A program made the position numbers and the translations under genes. From NCBI GenBank assembly GCA_035292445.1, contig DATDQB010000001.1:7530-71529 (forward strand): a stretch of 64,000 nt of DNA, written 5' to 3'. Below, piece by piece: positions 1-9,196 of this stretch (position 1 is the stretch's first letter; every line of letters starts with the position of its first letter). Source of the stretch: Candidatus Omnitrophota bacterium. GTDB lineage: Bacteria > Omnitrophota > Gorgyraeia > Zapsychrales > Zapsychraceae. Under the pieces are notes generated by a model that was given only the letters and a program-made list of their open reading frames with translations, did no database searches and had not been told where the DNA came from.

Positions 1-1612
1 CGTAGATGCCCAAAGACGCGTCATAGCGCTGGTTAGCTCCCGCGCTGTCGGCGTCGTTGGCTGCATCCGTTCGCGTTGAAACAGCAAAGTGTCGTATCGT
101 TGGCGATTGGAAATCACCTCCCCGATAACCGGAACCAACAGTCCCGGTGATCCCGCGACTTGAGTCGCCTACATCTATGCCAGGCCAATCATTGTTGGTG
201 GCATTGCCTTCATACCCGGAGGCGGATGACAAATTTCCGTCCCCGTGCGTACCCAAAAACGCTCGGCCCTGGCTTCGCCCGAGCGTAACGAACATTTCCG
301 CCAGATTGCCTGAAAGTTCCATATTCCCGAAATAACCGCCGCCGCTGGATGAACGGTTATCCATGCTTTCGGCAAAAATGCCGACGCGCAACGGCCCCTT
401 TTGTCCGGCAGCTGGCCCGCCGGCGCGGCCGTCACCTGTGCTCCAGCTAAGCGCGTTTTTATTCAAGTTGGAGGAGCTGTCAAAAATCACCTCGGTCCCA
501 TCTTCATCGGTGTTAGGGGAAATTTCCCCGGCCAAGGCATCGTTATAAGTCGTTTTTCCCCATACGAATTCATCGGCCACGGGCTCAACGTCTTTGCCCC
601 GGGCGGCTTTCTCAAACTCTAATTCCGTGACCGGCCTTAAGCCCGCCCAGTCCGCATACGCGGCTGCATCCGGCCATGAAATATAAGTCACCGGCCTATC
701 CGGCCTTTGGGAAGTGGCATCGGATTTGGGATCGGAAGAATCCCAGCTGATCGTGTTGCGGTCTACCACACCATCGGAATTTTTGCCGCCTTGAGCGGAG
801 CTGGTGATATCCCGGGTTGTCCGTTGGGCTGTAGCCAAAGTATTAAAGAAACTGACCCACTGGCCTTCGGTCAGTTCGTATTTCATCAGATAAAAATCCT
901 CGTAACCTTTGGGGAAAGAGTTGGGAATGATAAAAATGGCGCCGTTACTGTTCTCATTGGTGGCGCCGGTGCTTTGGTAATAAAATCCGCCCGAGGCGCT
1001 GTTCGTTGTTGTTATGGCGTCCTCGCTTGGGATATACCAGGGATCCGTGTCAGCGCTTCCTTCAACGAAGCGGTAATCAGATGAGCTGTTGCCATCCCCT
1101 GCGTAAAAGCCGCCTTGCGCAACGTAGACCATCTCAACGCCGAACACTTTATTGATGGTGTTGGCAGCCAAGGCCTGCGCATCGCTTAAGCCGTCTTGAG
1201 CGTAATCCCAGGAAAATTGTACGTTTTCGACCGCAACCGAGCCGCTCCTTAGGTCCGTGCGTTGAAGGAGAAACCCTTTTTCATCATTGGGAACGATGAT
1301 CTCAAAATTGGCCGGGGCGCTGAAACCGATGGGGCCGGTGCCGCTATTGGCCATGCTGGCATGGCGCCACGTTTGCCCGGCATCGGTGGAATATTTCAAG
1401 AACACCCACAGCGCATCGTGATTGGTGGTGGTGCGCCAGCTGTTATCCCAAGAAACGTTGCAGGAAAACGTGATCGTATTGGCCGCTTCGTTAATGCTGG
1501 TGACCCCGAAATCTTCGATCGTTAAATTATTGGCTAAAGAGTTTTGTGCAAGAAAAGAAAGCGTTATCCCGAGTAGCAAAATAAAAAAGGCCTTTGTCCG
1601 TTTACAGACCAT
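1..1612 (-). CDS. Secreted FGE/SUMF1-fold domain protein, partial (C-terminus beyond window start); tandem paralog of the next gene
   Basis: Manual minus-strand translation from ATG at 1612 gives MVCKRTKAFFILLLGITLSFLAQNSLA (signal peptide), then motifs shared with the 1602-3179 protein (GVEMVYV..GGFYAGD, PKGYEDFYLMKYELTEGQWVSFFN, RPVTYISWPDAAAYADWAGLRPVTELEFEKAARG, YRGGDF). The ORF runs off the window, which is why it is absent from the supplied track. Confidence 0.7.
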   Translation of the reverse strand, partial: MVCKRTKAFFILLLGITLSFLAQNSLANNLTIEDFGVTSINEAANTITFSCNVSWDNSWRTTTNHDALWVFLKYSTDAGQTWRHASMANSGTGPIGFSAPANFEIIVPNDEKGFLLQRTDLRSGSVAVENVQFSWDYAQDGLSDAQALAANTINKVFGVEMVYVAQGGFYAGDGNSSSDYRFVEGSADTDPWYIPSEDAITTTNSASGGFYYQSTGATNENSNGAIFIIPNSFPKGYEDFYLMKYELTEGQWVSFFNTLATAQRTTRDITSSAQGGKNSDGVVDRNTISWDSSDPKSDATSQRPDRPVTYISWPDAAAYADWAGLRPVTELEFEKAARGKDVEPVADEFVWGKTTYNDALAGEISPNTDEDGTEVIFDSSSNLNKNALSWSTGDGRAGGPAAGQKGPLRVGIFAESMDNRSSSGGGYFGNMELSGNLAEMFVTLGRSQGRAFLGTHGDGNLSSASGYEGNATNNDWPGIDVGDSSRGITGTVGSGYRGGDFQSPTIRHFAVSTRTDAANDADSAGANQRYDASLGIY

Positions 1613-3179
1613 GCGTCCTCACTCCTCTTCCTCCACTATTGTTAAAAGCTGATGCTGATACGTTGGCGGCGTCATTGCGGTCAGAGATCCTTAAACGTAA
1701 CGAAGACTCATCCCAGCCGCCGCCGCGAAAACCGGAACCAGCGGCACCGGTCACCCCGCGCGATGGGACGCCATCAATGCCAGCCCAATCGGCATTGGTC
1801 GCATTGCCTTCAAAGCCGCTGTCCGCGGATAGAACGCCGTCGCCCTGGGCGGCCAGGAAACTCCGCCCCGATGCATTGCCGATAGTGGCCACCCGCTCGC
1901 GCAAATTACCCGATAACTCCATCACCCCGTAATAACTGGCACCGGCGCTTTCCCGGACCGATGAGCTGGTGGCAAAAATGCCGTTTCGTAAAGGGCCTTG
2001 GGTGTATTCACTGCCATTACCCGTATCACCGCCGCTTAGAGTGGTATTGTTGAGGGAAGCGTTGGCGCTTGAGGTTGTCACCGATTCTGCGCCGTCTTCG
2101 GCGCCGCTTGAAATTGCGGAAGCGGCGGTGATACCGGTTGTGGCCCAGACAAATTCTCCGGAAATTGGCAAAACAGGCCCTCTTGAAGCTTTTTCAAATT
2201 CCAACTCGCTCATCGGCCTTAGCGCGGCCCAATCCAGAAACGCCGCCAAATCCATCCAGGTGAGATAACTGACCGGCCTGTAGGGGCGGCTGGTGGAGCA
2301 GGTTAAAGGCGAGCCTGAACAGCTAATCGTGTTTCGCTTGATAACAAGGTCGGAATTCTTGTGGGATGCGTTGGTGAGGTCTCGGTTGGCGCGCGAGGCA
2401 CTCGGGAGGGAATTAAAGAATTCGACCCATTGCCCTTCGTTAAGCTCATACTTCATCATGTAGAACGATTCATAGCCCTTGGGAAAAGCCGCAGGGATGG
2501 TAAATACGGCACCGGTCGCGTCTTCACCTGCCTGGCCGGCCGAAACATAGCGATAACCGTTGGAGGCGGCGTTCGTGACACTGATAGCACCTTCCCCGGC
2601 CACATACCAAGGGTCGGCGTCACTTGAGCCTTGATCCAGCGATGCGCTGCTGCCGTCAAAGTCACCCGCATAAAAGAACCCTTCAGGGATAAAAACCATT
2701 TCCAGCCCGAAAACCGTGGCATAGGCGTTATCAGAGGGGCTGAACCCGCAGCTGCTGTAATCGACCGTTAATTGAACGTTGGTAGTTGCAACGGACGGCC
2801 TGACGCCGTAGTCGGCTTGCCTTAGAAATGCGCCTTTTTTGTCCGCAGGAACGTCGATCTCAAGGGCTGCATCTGAGCCTGCTGAAGTCCCGGATGGGTT
2901 GATCCCGCTGGTTGTTAGATCACAGAGCTTTTTATGGCTGGGGGTCGCGCCTGCATCATGCAGCCTGACCATGATCCAGATAGCATCATGGTTGACCTTT
3001 GATTTCCACGAATTTTCAAAGGAAACATCAAATTCAACAACGGCTGTATTATTGGTAGGATTGCGGGCTTCGAGGGAAATGTTATTGATAAGAAGATTAT
3101 TAGCAAAAACAGGAGAAGAAAAAATTATATTTATTAATATTATTACTAATAAATACAAAAAATACCTAAAAGGATACAT
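1602..3179 (-). CDS. Secreted FGE/SUMF1-fold (formylglycine-generating-enzyme-like, DUF323) domain protein with Gly/Ser/Ala/Thr-rich low-complexity insert; probably non-catalytic
   Basis: 525 aa ORF with an N-terminal signal peptide (MYPFRYFLYLLVIILINIIFSSPVFA). FGE-sulfatase-type motifs: FGLEMVFIPEGFFYAGD, PVSYLTWMDLAAFLDWAALRPMSELEFEKASRG, GVMELSGNLRERV, FRGGGW, GGRGVRT. No conserved Cys pair near the C-terminus. AAGGAGA Shine-Dalgarno site upstream of the ATG. Confidence 0.8.
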   Translation of the reverse strand: MYPFRYFLYLLVIILINIIFSSPVFANNLLINNISLEARNPTNNTAVVEFDVSFENSWKSKVNHDAIWIMVRLHDAGATPSHKKLCDLTTSGINPSGTSAGSDAALEIDVPADKKGAFLRQADYGVRPSVATTNVQLTVDYSSCGFSPSDNAYATVFGLEMVFIPEGFFYAGDFDGSSASLDQGSSDADPWYVAGEGAISVTNAASNGYRYVSAGQAGEDATGAVFTIPAAFPKGYESFYMMKYELNEGQWVEFFNSLPSASRANRDLTNASHKNSDLVIKRNTISCSGSPLTCSTSRPYRPVSYLTWMDLAAFLDWAALRPMSELEFEKASRGPVLPISGEFVWATTGITAASAISSGAEDGAESVTTSSANASLNNTTLSGGDTGNGSEYTQGPLRNGIFATSSSVRESAGASYYGVMELSGNLRERVATIGNASGRSFLAAQGDGVLSADSGFEGNATNADWAGIDGVPSRGVTGAAGSGFRGGGWDESSLRLRISDRNDAANVSASAFNNSGGRGVRTHGL

Positions 3180-3355
3180 TATTCTCCTTACTAATCTGCT
3201 TATATATAAAAATACTAATATTTAAGCAGATAGCAACAATTGTAGACGCAGCTTAAGGGGTATCCACCCCTTGTCCAATTTTTTTAATTACAGATTACTG
3301 ATTTTGATTCAATACGGCGCCAACCGATTTTCTTCAAAATGGATTAAGGCCAAAA

Positions 3356-3868
3356 CTATTTCTTTTTCTTGGCCGAATCTTCTTCCAACGGCGAATCAAC
3401 CACCGCCCTTAACGCCAATTCCGCCTCACGGATCTTTCCTAAGACCAGATGAGCATCCGAGGCGTTGGGCTTCAAATACAGATACATTTTGTAATGTTTG
3501 ACAGCGGTCTTGAAATCACGAAGGTTCTCTCCGCTCACATAGGCAAGGTTATAATGGGCATCGGGATCATCCGGCATTAACGTCACGGCCTGATAAAATT
3601 CTCTTGAAGCTATTTCATACTTCCCTTTTTCGTAATAAATATTCCCCATGTTATAGTGCGCTTTGGCCGCGTCCGCTTTCAAGATTGGATCCTCCTCGGT
3701 AAAAGCGTCGATCTTGGCCAAAAGTTCCAGCGTTTTTGATTCGTAATCCGCGATGTCTTGGGACTCCGCGAACGATTGCGAAACTAAGACCCCCGCTAAA
3801 TAAGCGGCCGATAACACGAGCGTGCAACAAAGATCGGGCTGCGCAAGCTTACTCTTTATTTTATTCAT
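3356..3868 (-). CDS. Secreted TPR-repeat protein (MshN-like position next to the secretin)
   Basis: 170 aa with a signal peptide and tandem TPR-like motifs (AHYNMGNIYYEKGKYEIASREFYQAVTLMPDDPDAHYNLAYV). Immediately downstream of the secretin gene on the same strand. Confidence 0.7.
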   Translation of the reverse strand: MNKIKSKLAQPDLCCTLVLSAAYLAGVLVSQSFAESQDIADYESKTLELLAKIDAFTEEDPILKADAAKAHYNMGNIYYEKGKYEIASREFYQAVTLMPDDPDAHYNLAYVSGENLRDFKTAVKHYKMYLYLKPNASDAHLVLGKIREAELALRAVVDSPLEEDSAKKKK

Positions 3869-3916
3869 GAACTTTCCTCAAAAAAATCAATGATTAGCGA
3901 ATATTTTAAAGAAAAA

Positions 3917-5515
3917 TTATTGATCGGTGCTGTACGATTTAAACGGTTTAATACCGCCTCTGATCATGGCATAGTCTTCATGCCCTGAAATGACATGTGG
4001 CGTGATCAAGATAACAATTTCTGTCTGCGTAAAACTATCCGCCTGGTGGCTGAACATTTTGCCCAGATACGGCAGGTCCATGAGGACCGGAATGCCTTTT
4101 TTGGTATGGACCTTATCATCCCGCTTTAAGCCTCCCATGACGATCGTATGGCCGTTTTTGACCATGACGGTCGTCTCCACCTCGGTCTTGTTGACCTGCG
4201 GGATGCCGCCGCCCTCAGACTCGATGCTGGCTACAACCGTCGATATTTCCGGGCGCAAGCGCATCGTCACATAGTCATCATCATTGATGACGGGGGTTAC
4301 ATTAAGCTTGAGTCCCACGTCAACAAAACGCACATCTTCGCTGGTGATGGCGTTATCCCCTGTCCCCGAAGTCGTTGAGATGATGTAGGGGACCGTATCC
4401 CCGATATGGATCTTGGCCTCTTCGTTATTGGTCACGAGGATCTGCGGGTTGGAAAGTATTTTCGTGTCGCTGACCTGTTTTAAAGCGCGGATGGTGGCCT
4501 CAAACACATCTTCATCAAAATTGCCGACGGCCACTTGCCCGAACTGCGAACCTAAATCCTCGGATGAACTGAGATTGGCCGCATCTAAAAAGACGTTACG
4601 GAAACTTAACTTTTGCAGCTCATCGCTGCTGCTGTCCCTGAAATCCAATTGCCAGTCAATGCCGACATCATACTGGGGCTTGAGGACGATCTGCAAGATG
4701 CGGGCATCCACCAGCACCTCTTTGGTCGGCGTGTCGATCTGGCGGATGATCTCTTCCACCTCTTTGCGCCGGTCGGGAAACGCCCGGACGATCAATTTGT
4801 TCGAACGGTTATCCGGGATGATCGAGCCGACGGACTTGGCGTCAATGCGGCTGCGCAATTTGTCGGCCACCACATCCGCGTCCGCGTATTGCAGCGTAAA
4901 AACGAACGTTTCAAGAGGCTTTTCGATCTCTTCAATGGCTATTTTCATCTTTTCGATAGCTTCAGGCGTGTCGATCATGACCACGGAACCGGTATCTTCA
5001 TCGATGATGATCTTGCCGACGTTGCTTTTGATGCTGTCCAAGGCCGCCAGCACGTAACTGGGCTTGGAATAGTTCAGGCGGACAATGCTGACCGTGGTCT
5101 TATCGCTGAATTTCTTGCCGAACAAAGCCTCATACTCGGCAGAGCTCATGACCTGAAGGATGTTCCCCTGCACTTTATAAGCCAAATTATTGGCAATGAT
5201 CACGATATCCAAAGAGTCTTTGATCGTAACGCTGTTCAGCAAGACCGTTGCCCGGCCGCTGACCGTTGGGCTGATAACAATGTTAAATTCCCCTTTAAGG
5301 GCGAGAAATTTGATGACATCAACGATGTTCATGTCGCGCACATCCAGGGTGATGGCTCTTTCCATTCTTTTGAAGATATCTTCTTCGGGCTCGGAAATGA
5401 CGATGGGTTTGGGTTTTTGGGCCAGCACGATGGGGGGCAACGCCAATAGGACCGAAGAAGAAAACGCTAACGCCATCAAAAATGCAATCCGTCTCTTATT
5501 GTGGAAGGGTGTCAT
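3917..5515 (-). CDS. Secretin (PilQ/GspD/MshL family outer-membrane channel)
   Basis: 532 aa with a signal peptide. The C-terminal secretin domain is recognisable (NKTEVETTVMVKNGHTIVMGGLKRDD...KKGIPVLMDLPYLGKMF...TEIVILITPHVI). Confidence 0.9.
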   Translation of the reverse strand: MTPFHNKRRIAFLMALAFSSSVLLALPPIVLAQKPKPIVISEPEEDIFKRMERAITLDVRDMNIVDVIKFLALKGEFNIVISPTVSGRATVLLNSVTIKDSLDIVIIANNLAYKVQGNILQVMSSAEYEALFGKKFSDKTTVSIVRLNYSKPSYVLAALDSIKSNVGKIIIDEDTGSVVMIDTPEAIEKMKIAIEEIEKPLETFVFTLQYADADVVADKLRSRIDAKSVGSIIPDNRSNKLIVRAFPDRRKEVEEIIRQIDTPTKEVLVDARILQIVLKPQYDVGIDWQLDFRDSSSDELQKLSFRNVFLDAANLSSSEDLGSQFGQVAVGNFDEDVFEATIRALKQVSDTKILSNPQILVTNNEEAKIHIGDTVPYIISTTSGTGDNAITSEDVRFVDVGLKLNVTPVINDDDYVTMRLRPEISTVVASIESEGGGIPQVNKTEVETTVMVKNGHTIVMGGLKRDDKVHTKKGIPVLMDLPYLGKMFSHQADSFTQTEIVILITPHVISGHEDYAMIRGGIKPFKSYSTDQ

Positions 5516-6119
5516 AACGAATCATTATCTCCTCATTTTCATAGCCTAGCTCTACACTGTCGGCATATATGGTTTTTATATTGACCTCGCCCAGCTTATC
5601 GTTGGCCTGAAGAAAGTACGTAAGGTCTTGTTGGGTATCCTCGAGCATGACAGAGGCAGATTCGATGGAATCCATCCAGGAAACACCCACCAAGCGCAAA
5701 TGAGAGGTTTTATTGGCGATGGTTTTATTTTCATCGGAAACTTCCACCACGTTCTTGACTTTTTGCTCATACGGCTCAAAGAGGTTGCGTCGATTTAAAG
5801 GGGACGTGTAGAAAGACAACTTCTGGACTGTGGGGGCAAGCATGTCGCCTGCCTTGACTTGTCTGGTTGTGGGGGCATCAGGCAATTCTAGCTCCTGCGC
5901 TAACAAACCATTCCCCGCCTTGATCTCCTGAAATAGGAAAAAGCCGGCTGCGATCACGCCCAACAACAATAACCTATTAACGGTTTTTAATGCCGACAAA
6001 GAGCTTCTGCCCTTATCGGAAGGTTTTTTCTTCTTCGAGCGCAACCCTTCTTCGGCAGAAGAAGTCTCGATCATCTTCAATAATTTCTGTTCAGCTGTCT
6101 CCGAATGCTGTGAAGGCAT
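5496..6119 (-). CDS. Membrane-anchored secretin-associated protein (PilP/GspC/MshK-like position), hypothetical
   Basis: 207 aa with a charged N-terminus, a single TM helix (LLLLGVIAAGFFLF) and a periplasmic domain. Overlaps the secretin start by 20 nt. Assignment is by position only. Confidence 0.5.
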   Translation of the reverse strand: MPSQHSETAEQKLLKMIETSSAEEGLRSKKKKPSDKGRSSLSALKTVNRLLLLGVIAAGFFLFQEIKAGNGLLAQELELPDAPTTRQVKAGDMLAPTVQKLSFYTSPLNRRNLFEPYEQKVKNVVEVSDENKTIANKTSHLRLVGVSWMDSIESASVMLEDTQQDLTYFLQANDKLGEVNIKTIYADSVELGYENEEIMIRYDTLPQ

Positions 6120-6173
6120 ATATTATAATTTAATAATGTTTAATAATGACTTCAAGCTAAATGTTAATTATTT

Positions 6174-7082
6174 TCACATTGAGCTTACGGTTTCGAGGCT
6201 TTCCTGGTTTGCCGACGAGAGCCATTGCTGTTCTTTAACAAGAACGTCCCGCACAAGCGGCGCATCAACGATATCTTGGTCCCGCATGACCAATTCCTTG
6301 AGGATCTTATGGCAAAGCATATTGATTTTCCTTGGATAGCCTTTGGTGTATGTATAAATTTCACTGATGGCATCATCCAAGAACAGCCTTTTCTCCCCCT
6401 TATACCCCGCTTTGTTGATGCGAAAGTGGATCATCTCGCTGGTTTCATTGACATCAAGCGGGTTCAACGTATATTTGAAGCTGATACGGTCCAAAAAGTT
6501 ATGCATATGGACAACTTTGGCATACAATTCCAGCTGGCCCAACAAAACCAACTGGATCAATTTGGCGTCATTGGTCTCGAAATTGAGCAAGATACGCAAA
6601 GCCTCCAACGTGGTCAGATCCAGCTTCTGCGCCTCATCAATGATAAGGACGATGGTCCTGTTTTCCTCAAGCGTTTTCTGGATAAGGAACTTCTCAACCG
6701 TGTCCCGAAGGTCCATGATATCGGCATGCTTAAGATCAACGTCCTTGGGCAGGTTGATATCGAAATTCCGGACCAAAGAAGAAAGGAACTGCACCTCGCC
6801 GCTGAAGGCCGGGTTGAGGATCATGTGGAAGATCATATCGCCGCGCTTATTCAATTCATGCAGCAGTTTGCGCGAAAGGGTCGTTTTGCCCGTCCCGACG
6901 TCGCCGAAGATGACCGAAAGCCCCCGGCGCAGGCGAAGCTCGATCAAAAGATTGGTCAACGCTGTTTCATGCTGGCGGGTGTTATAAAAAAATTCAGGGT
7001 CCGGGCTCGTTGCGAACGGTTCTTGGTTGAACCCGAGAACGGAATAATAACCGATTTTTTGGGGGGCTGTAGCCATGTTCAA
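6174..7082 (-). CDS. ExeA/MshM-like AAA+ ATPase (general secretion pathway protein A family), without a C-terminal peptidoglycan-binding domain
   Basis: 302 aa. ExeA-type N-terminus (YYSVLGFNQEPF), Walker A GDVGTGKTT and Walker B LIIDEAQ. Directly upstream of the secretin module. Confidence 0.85.
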   Translation of the reverse strand: MNMATAPQKIGYYSVLGFNQEPFATSPDPEFFYNTRQHETALTNLLIELRLRRGLSVIFGDVGTGKTTLSRKLLHELNKRGDMIFHMILNPAFSGEVQFLSSLVRNFDINLPKDVDLKHADIMDLRDTVEKFLIQKTLEENRTIVLIIDEAQKLDLTTLEALRILLNFETNDAKLIQLVLLGQLELYAKVVHMHNFLDRISFKYTLNPLDVNETSEMIHFRINKAGYKGEKRLFLDDAISEIYTYTKGYPRKINMLCHKILKELVMRDQDIVDAPLVRDVLVKEQQWLSSANQESLETVSSM

Positions 7083-7172
7083 TGGAAACGTAACCTTAAG
7101 TAACAGTGAAAGTTACATTCCTTAATGTATTGTTTTCATTCTAACACAGCAACGGAAGGCAACAAGGGTTAT

Positions 7173-8159
7173 TTAAGATTTTTTCAGTATAAATCTGGAA
7201 ATAAGGCGCCCTATTCCCGACGAGAAACCCAACGCGCGGCTAAAGGATCTGAAAAACATCACAAAAGAGAAGAAAATCACTTCAAAAAAATTCTTTTGCA
7301 TAAAAACAGCGTACACACATTCCAAAATGAATAAAAATAAGACGGCACCCAAAGCCACGGGGCCCAAAAAAGGCCAATAAAATGAACCTATCCCCGTCAA
7401 AACAAAGAGACAAACCAAAAACACCTCCAGCATGTCCTTCCAAAACGTATAATCATCCCCCGAAAGCATGTGGGGATGGTCCTGGTACATCTTAACCCGC
7501 CAAAATCCATGCCGAAACTGCTCCTTAAGATACTTAAACACTTCGCTGGTGTGATGATGGTCCACCAAGGCCTGCGGCTCAAAATAGATCTTATGACCGG
7601 CTTTAAGGATCTTATAACTTAGATCGTTGTCTTCCCCGCTCGCCTGCCGGTAGCGCGCATTAAACCCTCCAACATTTTCAAAAACGTTTTTTCTGACGGC
7701 GCAATTATAGCTCCCCAAAATTTTCGGGTACGCCGGCATGAGCCGATGGTGACGAAAAATAATTTCCTGATGGATGCATCGGGCTAAGATGTTCTCGGGA
7801 TTGGCGATCCCATAACTTCCCGCAACAGCGCCGACATCGCCCTTTTCAAAATGAATGACAACTTTATCAAGCCAGTCGGCATGGGGAATACAATCCGAGT
7901 CGGTGAAGAAAATAATGTCGCCTTTGGCAAGCCGGGCACCTGCATTCCTTGCCGAAGCCGGCCCCGCGTTTTCCTGGCGCAGATAAGAGATCTGCGGATA
8001 CTTGGCGATCACTTCGTATGTTTTATCCGTTGAGCCGTCATCGACAACAATAACTTCAAAACCTTTGCACGTTTGGCGAAGGCACCCTTCAACGGCCTGG
8101 GCGATCGTTTTTTCGCAGTTATAAGCGGGGATGATGATACTAACGAATGGCAATTTCAT
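7173..8159 (-). CDS. Family 2 glycosyltransferase with C-terminal transmembrane segments
   Basis: SIIIPAYNCEKTI...VIVVDDGSTDKT and a DxD motif (FTDSDC). The C-terminal 80 aa are hydrophobic. Confidence 0.85.
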   Translation of the reverse strand: MKLPFVSIIIPAYNCEKTIAQAVEGCLRQTCKGFEVIVVDDGSTDKTYEVIAKYPQISYLRQENAGPASARNAGARLAKGDIIFFTDSDCIPHADWLDKVVIHFEKGDVGAVAGSYGIANPENILARCIHQEIIFRHHRLMPAYPKILGSYNCAVRKNVFENVGGFNARYRQASGEDNDLSYKILKAGHKIYFEPQALVDHHHTSEVFKYLKEQFRHGFWRVKMYQDHPHMLSGDDYTFWKDMLEVFLVCLFVLTGIGSFYWPFLGPVALGAVLFLFILECVYAVFMQKNFFEVIFFSFVMFFRSFSRALGFSSGIGRLISRFILKKS

Positions 8160-8820
8160 TCTTTTTGGTGATTACGTAAAGTAACATGCCGAAGGTGGCG
8201 CCGAAAAGTAAATCGCCCGAAAAGCGCAGCGGGAGCGTGTTGATCCCTCCCTGGGCCAGGATGGTCAATGCATTACGTTCGTGTAAGTTTCTTAGTTCTT
8301 TTAACGTGAACGGCTTTTCCTGGATGCCGGGCATCCACAAAGGGCGGATAAGCTCCCATGGCGACCAGCGGTTGGGGACAACAGTAATGAGTACGCCCTC
8401 CTCTTTCAGCAAGCGCTTAAGATTGAGCAAAATAAGGTTCTGGTCATCCGGTTCAAAATGTTCCAGCAAGCCATCAGAAAAAATGAGATCGAAGCGTTCC
8501 TGGATCACATTGGTCAGATCGGGATTAAGCAGATCGGCCTGAATGACCTGGGAACGCCCTCTTGTTTTTTCTTTGGTTAACGCCAGTGCCTGGGAAGAAT
8601 AATCCAAAGACGTTGTGCGCATGCCGCTGTCACAGAAATAGGCGGAGAAAAAACCGCTGCCGCAGCCGGCATCAAGCGCGTATTTCCCTCGGGCCACGTA
8701 AGGCTGCATCACGTCCAGTATCCGTCGTTTGGACCAACTGGCCTCTTTGGGGATTCTTAGGGAGGATTGTTCCCAGAACGTATTCCAGTCGCCGGCCGCC
8801 GGCAATGCCGTTTTATTCAT
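8140..8820 (-). CDS. Class I SAM-dependent methyltransferase
   Basis: Motif I LDAGCGSGFFSAYF. 226 aa. Overlaps the neighbouring genes on both sides. Confidence 0.8.
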   Translation of the reverse strand: MNKTALPAAGDWNTFWEQSSLRIPKEASWSKRRILDVMQPYVARGKYALDAGCGSGFFSAYFCDSGMRTTSLDYSSQALALTKEKTRGRSQVIQADLLNPDLTNVIQERFDLIFSDGLLEHFEPDDQNLILLNLKRLLKEEGVLITVVPNRWSPWELIRPLWMPGIQEKPFTLKELRNLHERNALTILAQGGINTLPLRFSGDLLFGATFGMLLYVITKKNEIAIR

Positions 8821-9196
8821 CTTTGGGGGAGGGTGGATCTTTTTTTCCGTCCGATTTTTTCTTTAACTGCTCGATCTCAAATTCCAGTATCCCCAATTTC
8901 TGGGCTATCCTGTCATTATGGCTGTTCTGCTGGCAAAGAAAGACCGTCATCATTAAGATCATGAACACGAAGGCGCTCAGGAAAATGAACAGGACAAAGT
9001 CACTGGTCAGCTCAAAGCCCAACAAGCGGGCCGCTTTGAACAAGACCTCATCAAATAGCGTGAAAATAATGGCCAGTGATGAAACAAAGATCCATCCGAA
9101 AGCGTACTTGAACGTGAATTTCTCTTCCCTTATTAATTCAATGACGAACAGGATGATGATGGCCGACAAAATAAGAACAAGATATTTTTCCATCAA
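8813..9196 (-). CDS. DUF2304-like small membrane protein (partner of polyprenol-phosphate GT2)
   Basis: 127 aa with three predicted TM helices followed by a charged coiled-coil tail. This is the classic arrangement immediately downstream of a Dpm1-like GT2. Confidence 0.6.
   Translation of the reverse strand: MMEKYLVLILSAIIILFVIELIREEKFTFKYAFGWIFVSSLAIIFTLFDEVLFKAARLLGFELTSDFVLFIFLSAFVFMILMMTVFLCQQNSHNDRIAQKLGILEFEIEQLKKKSDGKKDPPSPKDE

Noticed and set aside
1594-1932. Pro/Ala-rich 112-aa plus-strand ORF
   Set aside because: Antisense to the FGE-domain gene. Low-complexity repeat translation.
3258-3290. Hairpin aaggggtatccacccctt followed by a T-run on the plus strand
   Set aside because: The T-run is on the plus strand, where there is no upstream plus-strand gene. 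On the minus strand (where the TPR gene ends) no U-tract follows it. Ambiguous, possibly a bidirectional or fortuitous hairpin, so not called.
4613-5449. 278-aa plus-strand ORF antisense to the secretin gene
   Set aside because: Lies entirely within the well-supported secretin CDS on the opposite strand. Asp/Gly/Arg-rich composition typical of antisense reading of a GC-biased gene. No Shine-Dalgarno site.
6225-7103. 292-aa plus-strand ORF antisense to the ExeA-like ATPase
   Set aside because: Completely overlapped by a motif-supported AAA ATPase on the minus strand. No domain signature.
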